Shown here: positions 24,119 to 32,000 of the stretch, piece by piece
Layout of the letters: every line of letters starts with the position of its first letter
How positions within the stretch are numbered: the first letter of the stretch is position 1
Assembly: GCA_964640155.1 (NCBI GenBank)
Contig: CAZXEQ010000003.1
Coordinates: forward strand, 1-32,000
Direction of reading: 5' to 3'
DNA length: 32,000 bases
Source of the DNA: an uncultured bacterium
GTDB lineage: Bacteria > Auribacterota > JACPWU01
Notes under the pieces: generated by a model
Seen by the model: the letters and a program-made list of their open reading frames with translations, nothing else
What the model was told of the DNA's origin: nothing
Databases searched by the model: none
Made by a program: the position numbers and the translations under genes

Positions 24119-24823
24119 ATGCTCATGAGAAATAAAATTTTTATCGTTTTTATATTTTTATCTATTTCAGGTCTGACTTTTGCCATGAGTTTAGGAAAAT
24201 GGAGAGACGACCGATTAAAATTTTCAGGGACATTGGAGTTAACTGAATATAGTTTGGGCTCTCGAGTGTCTGGAAGGATAAGTCAAATAAATATAGAAGA
24301 AGGAGATGAAATTAAGAAGGGAGATCTTGTTGCAACTTTAGATCGTTATGATCAAGCTAAGCGGGATTATGAACGCACATTAGGTCTTTTTAAAAATAAC
24401 GCCGTTTCACAGCAGGCGCTTGAACAAGCCGAATTGTCTTTAGAGGATCAGTGTATTGTGGCGCCTGTCGATGGTGTGGTTCTTGTGAAGGTTCATGAAT
24501 CAGGGGAAGTCGTTGCGTCGGGTTCTCCTGTTATTGTGATGGGTGATCATCAAAATTTATGGGTTCGTATTTATGTCCCAGAATCACTTCTTTATCAAAT
24601 TAAACTTCATCAAGAAGCTGATGTTAAAGTAGACGGTCTGGATAAAACTTTTCCAGGTCATGTTACTTTTATTGCAACGAAAGCCGAATTTACTCCTCGC
24701 AATGTACAAACTCCTGAAGAACGTGCCTCACAAACTTTTGCTGTTAAAGTGATGTTGGATCATCCCGATTCTTCTTTGAGACCGGGAGTTGGTGCAGATG
24801 TTGTTTTTCATGTAGATAGATAA
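24119..24823 (+). CDS. HlyD-family membrane-fusion / periplasmic adaptor protein
   Basis: N-terminal TM segment (IFIVFIFLSISGLTFA). Lipoyl-like hairpin motifs (GRISQINIEEGDEIKKGDLVATLD and APVDGVVLVKVHESGEVV). TPRNVQT motif typical of YbhG/HlyD_D23 adaptors. I chose the first ATG (24119) over the listed TTG at 24077. Confidence 0.8.
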   Translation: MLMRNKIFIVFIFLSISGLTFAMSLGKWRDDRLKFSGTLELTEYSLGSRVSGRISQINIEEGDEIKKGDLVATLDRYDQAKRDYERTLGLFKNNAVSQQALEQAELSLEDQCIVAPVDGVVLVKVHESGEVVASGSPVIVMGDHQNLWVRIYVPESLLYQIKLHQEADVKVDGLDKTFPGHVTFIATKAEFTPRNVQTPEERASQTFAVKVMLDHPDSSLRPGVGADVVFHVDR

Positions 24824-24826
24824 AAT

Positions 24827-25759
24827 ATGAATCCTATCGCCATTGATGTTCAAAATCTAACACGCCGATTTGGAGATTTTGTCGCGGTTCATCAGGTGAC
24901 ATTTCAAATTCGTTATGGAGAGATTTTTGGGTTTCTGGGGCCCAACGGTGCAGGGAAAAGTACGACGGTTCGTATGCTTTGCGGCATTCTTGAACCCACC
25001 GAAGGAACAGCCAAAGTTGCTGGATTTGACGTAAACACAGATTCAGAACGAGTGAAAGAATCCATCGGTTATGTTTCTCAACGCTTTAGTCTTTATACGG
25101 ATTTAACTGTGGAAGAGAATCTGGCTTTTTATGGTCGAATTTATAATTTATCGAAAAATATTTTAAACAAAAGAATTCAAGAAGTCTTGCAATTGACTCA
25201 TTTGGAAGATTTTCGAAAACGAAAGGCAGGAGAACTTTCTGGAGGATGGAAGCAGCGTTTGGCGATTGCGAATGCCTTTCTTCATCAACCTAAAATTTTA
25301 TTCTTAGACGAACCTACCGCAGGCCTAGATCCAGTTTCGCGCAGAGACTTGTGGGAGATGCTTTATCAATTGGCCGATCAAGGTGTGGCTCTTTTTGTGA
25401 CCACGCATTATATGGAAGAGGCGGAGCGTTGTCACAACATAGCTTTCATTAGCCAAGGTTCTCTTTTGCGTTTGGGAGAGCCTACGACTTTGAGAAATTC
25501 TATTCCAGGCAAGGCCTTTGAAATAGAATGCCAACCCCTCATGAAAGCTTCTCGACTTTTTCATTCAGTCCTCGGCGTGACGAGCGTAACGGCCTATGGA
25601 ACACATCTTCATGTGATTGTTCAAGAAGAGAAAGTGGTGCAAGATTTAAGGAAGATCGCAGAAGAAGGGCAGATCAAAATTTTTTCGATGAAGTCTATTT
25701 CTGCTTCTTTGGAAGATGTATTTGCGACATTGACAGAGGCGGCTTATGAAAAGAATTAG
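24827..25759 (+). CDS. ABC transporter ATP-binding protein (ABC-2 / drug-exporter type)
   Basis: Walker A GPNGAGKST, Q-loop SQRF, signature LSGGWKQRL, Walker B ILFLDEPTAGLD, H-loop TTHYMEE. Starts 3 nt after the adaptor stop. Confidence 0.9.
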   Translation: MNPIAIDVQNLTRRFGDFVAVHQVTFQIRYGEIFGFLGPNGAGKSTTVRMLCGILEPTEGTAKVAGFDVNTDSERVKESIGYVSQRFSLYTDLTVEENLAFYGRIYNLSKNILNKRIQEVLQLTHLEDFRKRKAGELSGGWKQRLAIANAFLHQPKILFLDEPTAGLDPVSRRDLWEMLYQLADQGVALFVTTHYMEEAERCHNIAFISQGSLLRLGEPTTLRNSIPGKAFEIECQPLMKASRLFHSVLGVTSVTAYGTHLHVIVQEEKVVQDLRKIAEEGQIKIFSMKSISASLEDVFATLTEAAYEKN

Positions 25760-26849
25760 TGCTGTTGCAAGAAAAGAATTTTTGCATGTTTTGAGGGATA
25801 AGCGCACGTTGATGCTGATTATTTTTATGCCTCTTTTTCAATTGATTCTCTATGGTTATGGCATTAACAACGATGTCAAACATTTGGCGACAGGTGTCAT
25901 TGATGAAGATCAAACATCTCTCAGTCGTCGGTTGATCAGTGCTTTTGAACAATCAGAATATTTTGATGTTAAGAGAAAAACTTTTTCTTCAAAAGATTTA
26001 CGTCATGATTTGGATAAAGGAGTGGTGAGGGTAGGGCTTCATATTCCACCTGACTTTACTAAAGATTTATATGCTGGGCGAAGTGTGCCTCTTCAATTGA
26101 TTATTGATGGAACAGATTCAAATCCTGCCAATACGGCTCTCAATACCAGTCGAGCGATTATTCAAGCTTTTATGCAGAAAGAAGAATTGATTCCTATTGA
26201 TGTCTTGCCCATCGATTTCAGACCTCGACTTTGGTATAACCCCGATTTAAAAAGTTCTTTTTTTATGGTTCCAGGGCTTGTAGGTCTTTTACTTCAAGTG
26301 TTGATTCCAATGATTACAGCAAGTGCTATTGTTCGTGAGAAAGAACGGGGGAATATTGAACAGTTGCTTGTGACTCCTATTAAATCTCATGAACTGATGA
26401 TTGGAAAATTGGTTCCCTATATTTGTATTGGTTTGTTGATATCTTTTTCTATTATCTTTGCATCAAGATTCATTTTCTCTATTCCAATATTAGGGAGTCC
26501 TTTAACCTTGTTAGGGCTCACATTCCTTTTTCTGGTTGTCTGTTTGGGCTATGGTCTTTTTGCTTCTACGATTGCCGACAATCAGCAACAAGCATCTCAG
26601 ATTGTGATGTTTGTTGTTCCGCCTTCCATTCTTTTGTCAGGCTATATTTTCCCAAGAGAAGGGATGCCGTGGCCTATTTATGGAGTTAGCTTTCTTATTC
26701 CCCTGACGTATTATGTCAAAATTGTGAGAGGAATTCTTTTGAAGGGATTAGACCTTCGTGATTTGTGGGATCAAGTGCTGCCACTTTTAGCGATGGCAAT
26801 TGCAGTTGTAAGTATTAGTATTTTAAAATTTAGAAAACGTATTGCCTAA
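25746..26849 (+). CDS. ABC-2 type transporter permease
   Basis: Overlaps the ATPase gene by 14 nt. One N-terminal TM segment, a ~140-aa periplasmic loop, then five or so hydrophobic segments. This is the typical YbhS/YbhR-like ABC-2 layout. Confidence 0.85.
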   Translation: MKRISAVARKEFLHVLRDKRTLMLIIFMPLFQLILYGYGINNDVKHLATGVIDEDQTSLSRRLISAFEQSEYFDVKRKTFSSKDLRHDLDKGVVRVGLHIPPDFTKDLYAGRSVPLQLIIDGTDSNPANTALNTSRAIIQAFMQKEELIPIDVLPIDFRPRLWYNPDLKSSFFMVPGLVGLLLQVLIPMITASAIVREKERGNIEQLLVTPIKSHELMIGKLVPYICIGLLISFSIIFASRFIFSIPILGSPLTLLGLTFLFLVVCLGYGLFASTIADNQQQASQIVMFVVPPSILLSGYIFPREGMPWPIYGVSFLIPLTYYVKIVRGILLKGLDLRDLWDQVLPLLAMAIAVVSISILKFRKRIA

Positions 26850-26867
26850 GACAAGAGAGAATAAAAT

Positions 26868-28085
26868 TTATAAAGAAATTGTTTCTCCTTCATTTTCAAG
26901 ACTGAGCATAAGCAAAATATAATCTCTTAAATGTCGTGTGATGAGAAAATTTTGACGAACATGTTCTTTTCCGTTTTTACCAAGTTTTTCTGCAAAACTA
27001 GGATTTTGTAAAATTTGTTTGGTGTAATAAGCTGTTCCTTCAATGGTATGGGAAAGTAAGCCCGTATATCCATGTGATATTTGTAAGGTAATACCTCCTA
27101 CAGCGGAAGCCACAACAGGCTTTGATTTCCATAGAGCTTCTGCAACAGTCAGTCCAAAGCCTTCTCTTAAAGATTTCTGAAGAACCACTTGAGAAGCCCG
27201 TTGTAATGCATTAATTTCAATGTCGGAAGAGGGAGGTAGAAATAAAACATGAATATCGGGATCATTTTTTGCTTCTTCTTCAACCATTTCTAAGATTTTT
27301 GCTCCTTCAGGATCATCTGTAGCTCCTCCTCCCGCAAGAATCAATTGGCAATCAATGGCTTTTTTCACCAATCGATAAACTTTGATGACTCCGAGAGGAT
27401 CTTTTTGATAATCGAAGCGTGAGATTTGACTCATAATAGGTTTATTAGTTTCGATTTTTAATTTTTTGAGTACATCACTGATAATTTCAGGAGATAAATC
27501 TTTATTTTTATCACTGAGAGGATCGATAGAAGGACTGATGAGTACTTGCCGTATAGGAAGGGGTTTTGAAAAGGAGGGTGCAGAGAAAATAACAGCATCA
27601 TAATGTTTAATGTATCCTTCCAAATAAGTCCAAAGGAGGGGATCTGAAGAAGCAGAATCAATATGGCATCGCCATACCCATTTTTTGCCAATGCGAGATT
27701 TTTTTTCAATAAGTCCAATGGGTTGGGGATCATGAATAAAAAAATGGTCACTTGAAAGATCCATCTCAAGTAAATTTTGGCGGTTTACTTCTTCAAAATG
27801 ATCGAGTTCGTCTCGACTTAACTCATCTTTTCTTCCATGAAGCATGTTGTGAATTTTCTTTGTAACGGAAAAGAATTTTTCGCCTCCTTTAATTACATCC
27901 CATTTAGCATTAATGCCCACTTCGCCGAAGAGGGGAATCATGCGATTTAATATTTCAGCAACTCCACCTCCGACAGCTGTAGAATTAACATGTTGCATGT
28001 TGCGACCTTTTAAGCGACTGGCCAAAAAGCGGATTTCATCCACAGTGGATTTTCCAATAAAAGGAATATATTGATCTAGAATCAT
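26868..28085 (-). CDS. treT: GT4 glycosyltransferase, trehalose glycosyltransferring synthase (TreT)-like
   Basis: HVNSTAVGGGVAEIL, WVWRCHID, SPSIDPLSDKN, SRFDYQKDP, ATDDPEG, SLREGFGLTVAEALWKSKPVVASAVGGI and NFLITRHLRDY match my recollection of archaeal/bacterial TreT proteins along the whole length. Confidence 0.7.
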   Translation of the reverse strand: MILDQYIPFIGKSTVDEIRFLASRLKGRNMQHVNSTAVGGGVAEILNRMIPLFGEVGINAKWDVIKGGEKFFSVTKKIHNMLHGRKDELSRDELDHFEEVNRQNLLEMDLSSDHFFIHDPQPIGLIEKKSRIGKKWVWRCHIDSASSDPLLWTYLEGYIKHYDAVIFSAPSFSKPLPIRQVLISPSIDPLSDKNKDLSPEIISDVLKKLKIETNKPIMSQISRFDYQKDPLGVIKVYRLVKKAIDCQLILAGGGATDDPEGAKILEMVEEEAKNDPDIHVLFLPPSSDIEINALQRASQVVLQKSLREGFGLTVAEALWKSKPVVASAVGGITLQISHGYTGLLSHTIEGTAYYTKQILQNPSFAEKLGKNGKEHVRQNFLITRHLRDYILLMLSLENEGETISL

Positions 28086-28750
28086 AACTGCATCCTTCCT
28101 TTAATAAGCGAGCAAATATAACTACGTAATTCTTCTAAGGTGTAGGTGTAAGGATCTAAACGAGAAATTTTTGAAGCAAGCTCCTTTTCTTCCAGAGAGG
28201 TCCGCAGCCATGAAGAAAAGTCATTGTCATTTTTTCCTAGTCTTAATTTAGAGTCAAACATATGAAAATAAATGGAATGGACAGTAACTTCTTTTAAGAT
28301 TTGATAAAACTCTTCTAAATTATGGGCCTCATAGGGGAGAGAAAGAATAATATGAATAGACTTCAGAAAATAGAGTTCTTGACCACTCGATGCAAATCTT
28401 GTGAGCACTTCTGGATTTGAATTTACATGCTCCTCAAGGGTGTGAATGAGTTCTTTTCTTAATTCTTCAATATGGGCAAATTGAAGAATATCAATTGAAA
28501 AAAGTTTTTCGCCTAAGACACGATCTGCTAAGACATTTCGAGCCCAATACCCAAAATCATTTGAAGGTTCTGGAGAAAGATATTGATGTTGTTGAAGAAA
28601 ATGGTGGGTATGATAGTAAACAGAAGATTCTGGAACTTCTTTTAAGTTGGTAATTAATTCAGGTATATTTTTAGCTTTTCGGCCTAAACTTTCAGTTAGG
28701 TAAAGACATGTCGAAAATTTAAAAGGAGTAGAGGCAGCGCTTTTACTCAT
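28082..28750 (-). CDS. Hypothetical 222-aa protein with internal duplication, translationally coupled to the treT-like gene
   Basis: ATGA start/stop overlap with the downstream gene (28082-28085). The two halves align: FKFS..L...A.NIPELITNLKEVPESSVYYHTHHF...NDFGYWARNVL versus LYFL..L...AHNLEEFYQILKEVTVHSIYFHMFDS...NDFSSWLRTSL. RBS aaggagat upstream. Confidence 0.7.
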   Translation of the reverse strand: MSKSAASTPFKFSTCLYLTESLGRKAKNIPELITNLKEVPESSVYYHTHHFLQQHQYLSPEPSNDFGYWARNVLADRVLGEKLFSIDILQFAHIEELRKELIHTLEEHVNSNPEVLTRFASSGQELYFLKSIHIILSLPYEAHNLEEFYQILKEVTVHSIYFHMFDSKLRLGKNDNDFSSWLRTSLEEKELASKISRLDPYTYTLEELRSYICSLIKGRMQL

Positions 28751-28880
28751 GCAAAAATCTCCTTTTTTGTCTCAAAAGAAGCTAGCTGTAATATTTCTTG
28801 TCTTTTTAGTTATCTTTGAGAAAAGTATATAAAGAACACAATTAAAGCGAGGTTAAAATTAGATTAGAAAAAACTAATTT

Positions 28881-29009
28881 TCAGTGAAGTAAACCCACAA
28901 CCCCTATTAAAATGAGATAAAGGGCAATAATATAATTAAGAAGGGTGGGCATGATTAAAATTAAAATGCCCGCAATAATAGAAAATATAGGCTCGATTGC
29001 TAATTGCAT
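28881..29009 (-). CDS. 42-aa membrane mini-protein (DUF3096-like), absent from the ORF track
   Basis: On the minus strand, ggagga lies 4 nt before the ATG at 29009. Translation checked codon by codon: MQLAIEPIFSIIAGILILIMPTLLNYIIALYLILIGVVGLLH, stop TGA at 28881-28883. The pattern (...AGILILI.P.LLNYI.A.YLI..G..GL) matches my memory of DUF3096. Confidence 0.55.
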   Translation of the reverse strand: MQLAIEPIFSIIAGILILIMPTLLNYIIALYLILIGVVGLLH

Positions 29010-29026
29010 GATTTCCTCCTTATGGT

Positions 29027-29455
29027 TTAATTGACCATTTCAGTTGATGTATCAATCATGGCTTTCTCTTTGATTTTTTGAAGTATGGTTTGTGATGTTG
29101 GTTGATCTCCAAACGTGCCTACCCGAATGCCTATTTCTGTGAATGATTCAGATTCTTTTTTGAGATTGATGAGTATTCTTCTATTTTTACTGTCTCGGAG
29201 TATCAAACCAGCTGAAAATGAATTCTTTTGCTCTTTAATGACAAGAAATCCCAATTCTTCAGTAGTTGCTAATGTTGCACTCCAAGCTAAATCAAAGGGA
29301 ATGGCGTGAGTTGATTTTAATTCACCTCTTACAAATGCGACTGTACCTCCTAAACCTGCGGCTGCTCCTCCTATAAGAACAACAGCACAACCTTGATTTA
29401 AAAATAATAAAGCGCTGATACAAAGACTTAATAGTGTTTGATGTAGAGACTTCAT
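29027..29455 (-). CDS. Small secreted/lipoprotein-like protein (DUF3568-like impression)
   Basis: Signal-like ...LSLCISALLFLNQGC, followed by the Gly/Ala-rich VLIGGAAAGLGGTVAFVRGELK. The start is probably the second ATG (29455), given gaaagg spacing. The listed start is 29461. Confidence 0.65.
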   Translation of the reverse strand: MKSLHQTLLSLCISALLFLNQGCAVVLIGGAAAGLGGTVAFVRGELKSTHAIPFDLAWSATLATTEELGFLVIKEQKNSFSAGLILRDSKNRRILINLKKESESFTEIGIRVGTFGDQPTSQTILQKIKEKAMIDTSTEMVN

Positions 29456-29475
29456 AATCATCCTTTCTTAAAAAA

Positions 29476-30963
29476 TTATTGAGTTAATGGAAAGATAATA
29501 TTAAAAGTGGTGCCTTGTCCTAAAATACTTTTGACTTCAATTTTGCCTTGATGTGCTTCAACGATAGATTTAGCAATGCTTAAACCTAAACCAATTCCAT
29601 AACTTCCTTGACGGGCCTTATCAGCTCGATAAAAACGATTAAAAATATAAGGTAAATCGGCGGGAGAAATTCCTATTCCATTATCAGAAATTTCGACTTT
29701 AGCTCTTCCGTCTCCATTATTTACTTTGATAGTAACTTGCCCGCCAGGGTGATTATATTTAATGCCATTTTCAAGCAAATTAGAAAACAATTGCCGAAGT
29801 TGAAAGGGATTACCTTTTAAAATAAGTTTTGCAGAATCCGTAAAAGAGAGTTGGACCTCTTTTGATTTTGCGAGTGGGTGAATATCCTCAATAATAGAAC
29901 GGATTAAATCACCTAGCTGAATACTCTCCATTTCATCGACAAATTTTTGTGTTTCTAACTGAGCTAATGCCATGATTTCATCAATGATTCTTTTTATTTT
30001 TTCAACTTCTTCCAGATTGCTAAATAAAACGTTTTTGTATTGCTCGGGGGAGCGAGGTTTAGATAAAGCTAGTTGTAATTGGCCTTTAATAATGGTTAAA
30101 GGAGTTCTTAATTCATGAGAAATATCTTGAAGCATTTGTTGTTGAGACATAAATGATTTTTCCAGGCGTTCTAAGGTCTCATTGAACGTATGGGCGAGTC
30201 GACTGATTTCATCGCTCGAAGGAGAAACGGGTAAGCGTAATGTCAGATTGTTTGATTTAATTTCGCGAATGGTTTTAACCATTTCATCAATAGGCTTTAA
30301 TGTTACTTTGACTAGTGAATAAGCTGTAATTCCTGCAATTAAAACAGCAATAGGAAGAAACGTAAAAAACACTTTTTTTAAACGATGGATTTCAGTTATA
30401 ACAGGTGAAAGGGAAGCAATAACTTGAACAATACATTTGACTTGGCTTTGATTTCGAATCAACTTGGTAAGAATGCGAACGGGGACCTTTTTCCCTTCGT
30501 TTATTGTGATATTTAAATCGTCAAAACGAGTATTTTGCAAAGGCCTTGCCATGAGTTTCTTTCTTAGAAAAGAGACCTCAGGAAATTCTCGTGATGAGGC
30601 AATAAGTTCGCCCGTCGGATCTACAATATCTACATGCATCCCTGTAATTTCTAGTTCATCTCGTATTTTGTCATTGGCTAAATAATCAGCAATTCTCTCA
30701 AATTTAATATCTTTTTCTCCTGAAAAAACATTGGATGTAAACCAGTCTCTTGTTACATCCATATTTTGTGTTTGCCAATAAGTTCGGATGGAATTTTCTA
30801 TTCCTTCAGCCTTGAGTAAAATAAGGGCGTCAATTTTTTCGTATAAACTATTGGTAAATCGACGTTGAATGGAAATGCAGAAAATAAGGAAAAGACTCAC
30901 TAAGGTGAGTAAACAGAGAACAATGATTTTAAATCGTACTGATTTAAGAAAAAATCTATCCAT
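29476..30963 (-). CDS. Sensor histidine kinase (two TM segments, periplasmic sensor, HAMP, HisKA, HATPase_c)
   Basis: TM1 FKIIVLCLLTLVSLFLIFCISI, TM2 FFTFLPIAVLIAGITAYSLV, H-box DISHELRTPLT, N-box LLENGIKYN, G1 SDNGIGI, G2 GIGLGLSIAKS. Confidence 0.9.
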   Translation of the reverse strand: MDRFFLKSVRFKIIVLCLLTLVSLFLIFCISIQRRFTNSLYEKIDALILLKAEGIENSIRTYWQTQNMDVTRDWFTSNVFSGEKDIKFERIADYLANDKIRDELEITGMHVDIVDPTGELIASSREFPEVSFLRKKLMARPLQNTRFDDLNITINEGKKVPVRILTKLIRNQSQVKCIVQVIASLSPVITEIHRLKKVFFTFLPIAVLIAGITAYSLVKVTLKPIDEMVKTIREIKSNNLTLRLPVSPSSDEISRLAHTFNETLERLEKSFMSQQQMLQDISHELRTPLTIIKGQLQLALSKPRSPEQYKNVLFSNLEEVEKIKRIIDEIMALAQLETQKFVDEMESIQLGDLIRSIIEDIHPLAKSKEVQLSFTDSAKLILKGNPFQLRQLFSNLLENGIKYNHPGGQVTIKVNNGDGRAKVEISDNGIGISPADLPYIFNRFYRADKARQGSYGIGLGLSIAKSIVEAHQGKIEVKSILGQGTTFNIIFPLTQ

Positions 30964-30964
30964 A

Positions 30965-31630
30965 TTACTCCTGGAGCAAGTAGCCTCTGCCTCGAATGGT
31001 CTGAATTAATTTTTTCTTATGTCCTTCATCAATCTTTTTTCTTAAATAATTAATATAGACATCAATAACATTTGAAGACACATCGAAATTGATATCCCAA
31101 GCATGTTCTGAAATCATAGTACGGGTAATAATAGTTCCCGCATTACGCATTAAATACTCCAGAAGAATAAATTCTTTTGGAGTTAATATAATTTCTTGAC
31201 CCGCTCTTTCAACTTTATGCGTCAGTAAGTTAGCGATAAGATCTCCCACTTGAAGTTGAGTAGATGATGATTCTTTTTTTCTAAGATGGGCTCGGGTTCT
31301 TGCGAGTAGTTCTTGAAAATCAAAAGGTTTGGTAATGTAATCATCAGCTCCTATATCGAGCCCTTTGATTTTGTCTTTTACATCTCCCTTGGCTGTTAAC
31401 ATAATGATAGGAGTTGTAATCTTTTCTTCTCGGATTTTTTTACAAACGCTCATTCCATCTAATTTAGGAAGCATGAGATCAAGGATAATTAAATCAAAAT
31501 CATTGGTGGTTGCAATAAAATGTCCTTCTTCTCCATCATAAGCAACATCAACGACGTATCCCTCTTCTTTAAGACCCCTTTTGATAAATGAAGCGATTTT
31601 TTTCTCATCTTCAATTACAAGAATGCGCAT
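30965..31630 (-). CDS. OmpR-family response regulator
   Basis: Receiver motifs MRILVIEDE, DLIILDLMLP, LTAKG. C-terminal winged-helix LTPKEFILLEYLMRN...RGRGYLL. Its stop lies 1 nt before the kinase start. Confidence 0.9.
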   Translation of the reverse strand: MRILVIEDEKKIASFIKRGLKEEGYVVDVAYDGEEGHFIATTNDFDLIILDLMLPKLDGMSVCKKIREEKITTPIIMLTAKGDVKDKIKGLDIGADDYITKPFDFQELLARTRAHLRKKESSSTQLQVGDLIANLLTHKVERAGQEIILTPKEFILLEYLMRNAGTIITRTMISEHAWDINFDVSSNVIDVYINYLRKKIDEGHKKKLIQTIRGRGYLLQE

Positions 31631-31845
31631 CGTATAAATCCTCCTTTATCATTTATCTGTATTTAAACCCCAAGTTAAGAGGGGAGGGTATAACAAATAC
31701 AGGAAAACCTTTAGATGATTATGATTAACTTTAACTTTGTTTAGGGAAACATGACTTAAAAAACGTTCTGTTATAGTAACATTTTTTTTAAACCATGTCT
31801 TTTGCTTTGAATAGGAGGAAAATTATTATAAGTGGTTATCCTAAA

Positions 31846-32000
31846 TTTAATGCATTTTGTTTGGCTTCATAGCGATTTTCAACTTCTTCCCAATGAATGT
31901 CATTCCAAAATGCTTGAATATAACCATCGCGTTTGACTCCATAGTCTTTAATAAACGCATGTTCAAAAACGTCCATCACTAGAAGCGGAATGGTTCCCGC
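31846..32000 (-). CDS. Fe/Mn superoxide dismutase, C-terminal 51 aa (5' part outside window)
   Basis: Minus-strand translation checked by hand: ...GTIPLLVMDVFEHAFIKDYGVKRDGYIQAFWNDIHWEEVENRYEAKQNALNLG*. It has the D-x-[WF]-E-H-A metal-ligand motif and the AFWN..W..V..RY tail of Fe/Mn SODs. Too short to appear in the ORF track. Confidence 0.8.

Noticed and set aside
31846-32000. Possible aberrant SOD active-site motif (DVFEHAFI instead of D.WEHAYY).
   Set aside because: Phe at the Trp position is an accepted variant of the Fe/Mn-SOD signature. With only the last 51 residues visible, nothing abnormal can be concluded.
1-32000. Scan for CRISPR arrays, tRNA/rRNA genes, IS elements, integrases, toxin-antitoxin pairs or phage genes.
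   Set aside because: I saw no regularly spaced direct repeats, no tRNA-like GTTCGAATC T-arm motifs, no DDE/tyrosine-recombinase-like ORFs and no small paired ORFs of toxin-antitoxin type. A by-eye scan cannot exclude very degenerate elements.

Overview
AT-rich chromosomal window from a diderm (outer-membrane-bearing) bacterium. I found no rRNA, tRNA, CRISPR array, transposase or integrase. All family assignments come from motifs read by eye in the translations, not from database searches.

Contents in order:
1. The 3' 3.1 kb of a large gene truncated at the 5' window edge, carrying in-frame 93-nt tandem repeats.
2. A 764-aa phosphoglucose-isomerase-like gene whose catalytic motifs are out of canonical order.
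3. A dense block (5.7-15.7 kb) of five secreted proteins. One is a free-standing carbohydrate-binding-like beta-sandwich. Four are glucanase-like (alpha/alpha)6 enzymes of the DUF3131 and PF10091/GH144-like types. One ~170-aa module occurs five times across this block.
4. A frameshifted four-helix-bundle (23S rRNA IVS / Avd-like) gene.
5. A minus-strand operon encoding a 144-aa secreted protein, a 490-aa beta-barrel-like protein, and an 1835-aa giant protein. The giant protein has CBM-like modules, adhesin-type repeats and a ~900-aa C-terminal barrel-like region.
6. A ~125-nt GC-rich structured element with promoter-like and terminator-like signals.
7. A HlyD / ABC ATPase / ABC-2 permease exporter.
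8. A TreT-like trehalose synthase translationally coupled to an internally duplicated unknown protein.
9. An unlisted 42-aa membrane mini-ORF, a small lipoprotein-like gene and an OmpR/histidine-kinase pair.
10. The 3' end of an Fe/Mn superoxide dismutase gene.

The best candidate for a new system is the glycan-degradation block together with the giant CBM-barrel operon. It looks like a glycan capture and degradation locus without SusC/D or TonB-type parts, possibly acting on beta-1,2-glucan.
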